A DNA stretch of 64,000 nt, from the NCBI GenBank assembly GCA_964016885.1, contig OZ024743.1:69440001-69504000 (forward strand), in the 5' to 3' direction. The notes under the pieces were generated by a model that was given only the letters and a program-made list of their open reading frames with translations, was not told where the DNA came from and made no database searches. This document shows, one piece after another, positions 57,940-64,000 of the stretch. The position numbers and the translations under genes were made by a program. The number at the start of each line of letters is the position of its first letter. Position 1 is the stretch's first letter. Source of the stretch: Eledone cirrhosa (lineage: Eukaryota).

Positions 57940-58545
57940 TGGCTGCCAACTCGTTTTCGAGTACGGCCACTACTTTATATCCATGTAGGAGAACCCCTAC
58001 CGATGCGCTGAACGAGTGTGACTTTTTAGTCCAGCCAGCGACTTGAAAACTCTGGTACAAACACTACACTTGTGACAATTATTGACACATAGTGCTTTAC
58101 CTTTGGTACCATGTGACGACAAGTGCAGAGAGATCTCCAGATACAAAGCAATGCCTGTGCCATGAAGCTTTTATAGTGAGCAAAGGCACTGCACAAAGCC
58201 AGTCCCACTCTCTTAACCAAGATGATATTTACCAAAAAGAAGAACAAGTCAACATCATTGGATACCATCAGGGTTGCAGGTGTTATATCAGAGTTTTCCT
58301 TCTCCTAGAATTCTGCCTTGACAAAGGCTAAGGGGTCATCTCTCCCAGTGATTTTGGATGGCCATTGACTCTTAAGAGCTCCTTTGCCCTTTGACAGGTT
58401 TTGTTTTTAGTTCTGCAGGATGTCCAAAGTCACCCTCCTCACCAAGAAACCTTGGTGGGGTTGCCAGTTTAGTCGCCAACGACCCGACCATGACACAGGT
58501 TGTACTGGGATACATGTTACCAGTAGCACCAAGTGGTGACCTGAC

Positions 58546-58546
<1 letters not shown>
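57937..58546 (-). mobile_element. Miniature, internally deleted RTE-like LINE (5' UTR fused to C-terminal C2H2 and 3' end) inside (TA)n
   Basis: Minus strand encodes CSVCTRVFKSLAGLKSHTRSAHR*. The 3' end is GTACTCGAAAACGAGTTGGCAGCCACCA. CTAGGAGAAGGAAAACTCTG resembles RTE 5' UTRs. Confidence 0.6.
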
Positions 58547-58606
<60 letters not shown>

Positions 58607-59475
58607 GTGACAAATAAATAATTGACTAATTGATTAATTAATTCATTTAAATGGTCTTACATCACTTCTAATTGAAACGATTGTAGAAATACATGGTTTT
58701 AACTGATAATCAACCTTGGTCTACCCTTTTTAAACATGGACGAGCCCAGATCCTCTCCGTGTTTGAATACAAGAGATTTCTCCCAGTCAAGGATAGATAT
58801 AATGTTAATCAATGTAAGGATATGAGAAAAAAGCTGAGCTAGTCAATTAATCCATTGTTTTACGTCAGTTTAACAGACCAAAGGTATCGATGTACTGTCT
58901 AATCGATGGTAGGAATATGTAGGATGTATTTTTTAGAAGCTGGTGATAAGGAGTCTTGACATCGATATATATATATATACATATATATAACGAAGGAAGT
59001 GTGGTAAAGAACCAGGTGGACCATAACGCACCAGAGTACTCAATCCTTAGCGTAGTAGTGTGGGTTGTAGAGTGGTCCAGAAATAGTCGTCGAAACGGTT
59101 TGAGCTCTGCCGTCGGGGTCCCAAACCTTTTCCTATTGCACATATACACACAAACACACACACACACACGCGCGCACGCGCCCCCCCCCATATATATATA
59201 TATATATCATAAAACAGGTCTATAGAATCACAAGATAAAATATATACTATTTCCTCTCCCAATTAGCATAATTAACTATATAACAAATCGAATAGACCAG
59301 GCTATAAGAATGAGGCTTCTATGAAGGAATCTCCGACAAATAACCGAAACTTGCGCTTCGCGTCGGTCGTAGCGGAATATTTATCGAATATTTCGACAGC
59401 GTAATCGCCTAGATATAGTCAACTAAACAGAATTGGGTTTAAAATAAACTAGGAGAAAATAGAATACATTTAAAT

Positions 59476-59563
59476 ACCTCTACCATGGTTTCGTCCGTGT
59501 TTTGAGTTTTCCAATAATTATGTAATAATTATATAAACTCGAGCGCCGGATTCTCCAGGAAGC
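59476..59563 (-). ncRNA. Type-I HHR with one core change (family K; ~80-bp direct repeat 59205-59283 / 59860-59942)
   Basis: GCTTC-CTGGAGA-ATCCG...CGGAC-GAAAC-CATG-GTA-GAGGT, with palindromic ACCATGGT. Confidence 0.65.
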
Positions 59564-60118
59564 TCGCTCATATCTAGACACTAAATTTTCCAAAGCGATC
59601 GCGCCAAGAATTCATTTCAAAATGGCTAAAAATCGTGACGTAGTCGCGGTCAAGTTGGAAGGGGTGAGGTAGTTGCTTACGAGTGGTGGCATTTTTGCTA
59701 GAAAGCGCAACACAATACAGCCAAATTTGTATCTCAACCTAGTGGGAGATTATTACATATAAAAGTTTATATATATATATACATACATATACATATACGT
59801 GTTTTGCAACTGGTCAGTTTGTGGCTCAATGAAAAATTAATAAATTAAACAATCAGAGCTATATATCATAAAACATGTCTATAGAATCACAAGATAAAAT
59901 ATATACTATTTCCTCTCCCAATTAGCATAATTAACTATATAAGATGATATATAAGATAAAAATGTGTCCGGGAAAGACTGCCCTAACACCGGCCAGAGTT
60001 ACCTCCCTTGACATGCTGCAAAATCAAAACAAGCTATTTTTGGGAGCAATAAACCTCGACGTGAATTTAACCCCCAAACTCTTTCCGAGCAATGTAAGGA
60101 ACACTTTTGGTTATTTAT

Positions 60119-60158
60119 GCCCTTGAGAAGCCCAACTGGGCGAAACGTACGTAGGTGC
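60119..60158 (+). ncRNA. Minimal HHR, U3-A8 variant
   Basis: GCCC-TTGAGAA-GCCCA-ac-TGGGC-GAAAC-GTAC-GTA-GGTGC. Confidence 0.75.
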
Positions 60159-60200
60159 TGTTTTAACGGTCTATTCTCCGATTTCTTACTTTGCCACGTG

Positions 60201-60233
<33 letters not shown>

Positions 60234-60469
60234 GTGAGGTTTTTTTTTACAAAATTAAAAATAACAGAGGTGTCCTACACGAGTGACAGTATAAAGAAAA
60301 AAGATGAAATCGAAAATGCAACTGGAGTCTTATTTAAAAAAATATATATATATTTATTTGGTTACTTTACCGGTTTCGCTCTTCTTCTGCTTTTCAAAAG
60401 TAGAGTTGAGATGGAGGGTCTGTTGTTTTTCTCACATCTGTAGATATATATATATATATATACATATAT

Positions 60470-60960
60470 ATAATAATAAAGTATATATCCCTACACGCAA
60501 AATACATATAGGGACACGTGTATTATCCAACCATATGCCAATGTGGTTCTATGCCAGGTTAATAAATTAACGAGCCAGAACTTATATAATCAAGATTTAG
60601 CAAATGAGAAAAAAGTTTTAAAATAAATATTAAAACATTCACTGTACTTGCTATGGTTACCTTTACCGTACGGTTTCGAGTCTCAAAAATAAATGGAGGT
60701 CCTTACGGGCCTCCATTGAAAAGAAATCATCTCGGGAACAATTTTGAATAGCGCCAGTTCGTAATTCGAACTCGGGAATGTTATATTCTCCGAGTAAAAA
60801 GAAACTACTGACGAGAGTTTTTCTTTTCAATGGACGCCTGTAAGGACCTTCATTTATTTTTGAGACTCGAAACCTTACGGTAAAGGTAACCATAGTAGGT
60901 ACAGTGAATTTTTTAAAATTTATTTTAAAACTTTTTCTTATTTGCTAAACCTTGATTATA
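60470..60960. mobile_element. Fold-back element (family J): arms ~60585-60727 / ~60820-60960, tail ~60470-60584, HHR 60803-60887(+)
   Basis: CTGACGA-GAGTTT...GAGACTC-GAAAC-C(G/T)TACG-GTA-AAGGT within an inverted repeat in (TA)n. Confidence 0.82.
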
Positions 60961-60979
60961 TATGTATGAATATATTTAC

Positions 60980-61015
<36 letters not shown>

Positions 61016-61093
61016 ATAATATATAAATATTTATACTCTGCTATGTATTGAATACCTTAATTACTGTGGTTACCCCCGATTGAACCCGGGATA

Positions 61094-61158
<65 letters not shown>

Positions 61159-61449
61159 GTATACATATATATATATAATATAAAAGTTATTTGTCTCTAA
61201 AACTTAGACATCTCAATGAATTCTCAGCTCAGAGAAGTAATTAAAGATTAAACTTAAGCATACATCTTGAGTTGTTTAGATATAAGGTAGAGCCACTAAA
61301 ATAAGACAGTTTTACTACTGAGACGAGTGAAACGGACTTATTTTAGGCAGTCTAGCTTATATCCATTATACCACATCACCACCACCAATTACATTTTACC
61401 TTAAGTTTAATATGTTTAATTAGTCCTCTTAGTTGATAACTTATTACTC

Positions 61450-61537
<88 letters not shown>

Positions 61538-61959
61538 TGTGTATCTATGTATGTATGTAAGAAAACAAACGGCACAGTGTATGGAGAAATATATCAGTTT
61601 AACGCTTGAAATAACAGACAGAGAGATAGAGAGAGAAGGCGAGTTGGCGGCGGGGGGCAGAAAAAGAGTATATATATATATATATGAGTATAATTTAGAA
61701 ATTACGCAGGCGTATGTGAGTGTATGCATGTGTATATGTGAAAATGTGCTTAAATGCCTCTGCGTTTTGTGCGTGTGCAAAACTATGTAGGAAAGTGTGT
61801 GAGAATAATTGTCTATATGTGTGTAAGTATGTGATAATATGTATGTGTGCGTGAGAATGTGTATGTGTGCGTGATCGGAAGATTCCTGAGATGAGGTTGA
61901 GGAATGTGTCGAAGATTGAAAATGGTAATTTGTGCTGAAAGATCTGTGATGGGTGGGAA

Positions 61960-62388
61960 TGTTGGGAAAGGGTGGGTAGGAGATGGAGAAGAGAGTTAAT
62001 TTGAGGGATCGGAAAGAGGGGATAAGAGGAGAGAGAAAGGGGGAGAATGAGTGAGAGGAGAGAGATAAGGGGAGGATGAGCGAGAGGAGCGAGAAAGGGG
62101 GAGAGAGTGAGAAAGGAAAAAATAGGGGAAGAGAGTGAGAGAGGAGAAATATAGGGGAGAAAGAGCCAGAGGACAAATATAGGGAGGAAGAGAGAGAGAG
62201 AGAGAGTCGAGAAAAAAGGGGGAAGAAAATGTGAGAAGAGAAAGATAGGTGGAGAGAGAGAGGGCGAGAGGCGAACGTAAGGGAGAGAGAGAGATGAGGA
62301 GAGAAAGGAGAGATGTAGGTTATGGTGAAAAGGAGAGAAGCTAGAGTAAGAGAGAGAGTGTGTGTGAGAGAGAGAGAGTGTCTGAGAG

Positions 62389-62427
<39 letters not shown>

Positions 62428-62468
62428 GTGTGTGTGTGTGTGAGAGAGAGAGTGTGTGTGTATGTGTA

Positions 62469-62504
<36 letters not shown>

Positions 62505-62597
62505 TTTGTGTGAGAGAGAGAGAGATAATGTGTGTGTATGTGTGTCTGTGAGAGAGAGAGAGAGAGAGAGAGTGTGTGTGTGTCTGAGAGAGAGAGA

Positions 62598-62662
<65 letters not shown>

Positions 62663-62718
62663 TGTGTGTGTATGTGTGTGTGTGGGAGAGAGAGAGTGTG
62701 TGTGTGTGTGAGAGAGAG

Positions 62719-62750
<32 letters not shown>

Positions 62751-62772
62751 TTTTATGTGTGAGAGAGAGAGA

Positions 62773-62803
<31 letters not shown>

Positions 62804-62898
62804 TGTGTGTGTGTGTGTGAGATAGAGAGAGAGAGAGTGTGTGTGTGTGAGAGAGAGAGTGTTTCTGTGAGAGAGAGAGAGTGTTTGTGTGTATGAGG

Positions 62899-62941
<43 letters not shown>

Positions 62942-62990
62942 TATGAGTGAGAGAGAGAGAGAGAAAGTGTGTGTGTGTGAGAGAGAGACA
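61960..62990. repeat. Purine-rich tract followed by compound (GA)n(GT)n microsatellite
   Basis: Direct reading of the sequence. Confidence 0.9.
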
Positions 62991-63374
62991 GGTATAGTGT
63001 AGCTGAACTAAAGTTCTGATGGTTTCTTTTCACATGTTCAGTTTATATGTGAGAGTAATGAGAGTATTTGGTTTGAGAGAAACCTGGAATGAGACTAGGG
63101 AAATATAGCTGCTAATAATCTAGAAACTAGCTCATCGTTCCTTTGTCAGTGTTGAAGAAAAGGGCAACGATTGTTGCCGAACACTGCACGGCTACTAACT
63201 CGGGCTGTTTATTTACAAACAAACCGAGCATTATAATAAATGTTCGGTAAACCCATACATATATATATATATGTATGCAGGTATGTATGTATATACATAC
63301 TAGTATAGGTCTGTATACATATATGTATGTACGTATACAGGCGTATATACTTTCAAACGTTTAATCGACTGACA

Positions 63375-63473
<99 letters not shown>

Positions 63474-63485
63474 GTATATATATAG

Positions 63486-64000
63486 TTATACTTTGGGAGG
63501 GTCATGTTGCCAATAAGAAACACACGCACCAGATACTTTCACTTCAATTTATTATATATTTATAAATTTATAAATTTACAAATCTACAAACTTATAAATT
63601 TCTGGTTTGGTTGGTTGGTTCCACAACCAGATAGTTGTTTATATATAGTCATAGTCCTTTCGTCACACACTCTGTGACCTCTTCAATTAAGGACAAAATG
63701 AAAACACACACACACATAGAACAAACAACCAACCAACAACATGTAAATAAATAAAAAATTGATAAATGAACATAAACACACACAGACACCCGGATGTGGC
63801 GCATGCGCAAACTGAGCACACAACACACACACAGAAACAAAATGGCGTAGGACAGAAGAAAGGAAAGGCACGGAAACAACAAAGGAATCCCCAGTCACTG
63901 AAGAGGTCACAGAGTGAGTGACGAAAGGACTATGACTATATATAAACAACTATCTGGTTGTGGAACCAACCAACCAACCAGAAATTTATAAGTTTGTAGA
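63486..64000. mobile_element. Fold-back family A element running off the window end, with HHR 63893-63937(+)
   Basis: Arms 63486-63685 / 63899 onward. AGTCA-CTGAAGA-GGTCAC-agagtga-GTGAC-GAAAG-GA-CTA-TGACT. Confidence 0.88.

Overview
Eukaryotic, very AT-rich, gene-poor DNA, most likely from an octopus or other coleoid cephalopod. This is inferred from the SINE sequences and the (TA)n density, not proven. I found no intact host gene; nearly all ORF-track entries are microsatellite or satellite artefacts. The window holds three GT-rich minisatellite arrays and one well-preserved, 5'-truncated Penelope-like (Neptune-type) RT-thumb + GIY-YIG element. It also holds decayed Tx1/L1, R4/Dong-like and RTE LINE pieces, Helitron remnants, a Tc1/mariner-type MITE and many tRNA-derived SINEs. 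The most striking hidden layer is about 20 type-I hammerhead ribozyme (HHR) motifs, read by eye on both strands. They sit in more than ten short non-coding element families that are embedded in (TA)n, often folded back as inverted repeats with a one-sided tail, and mostly share a TTGAG(T)RC motif near the 3' end. There is also a candidate HDV-like ribozyme at the 5' end of a miniature RTE. Coordinates were counted manually and may be off by a few bases.
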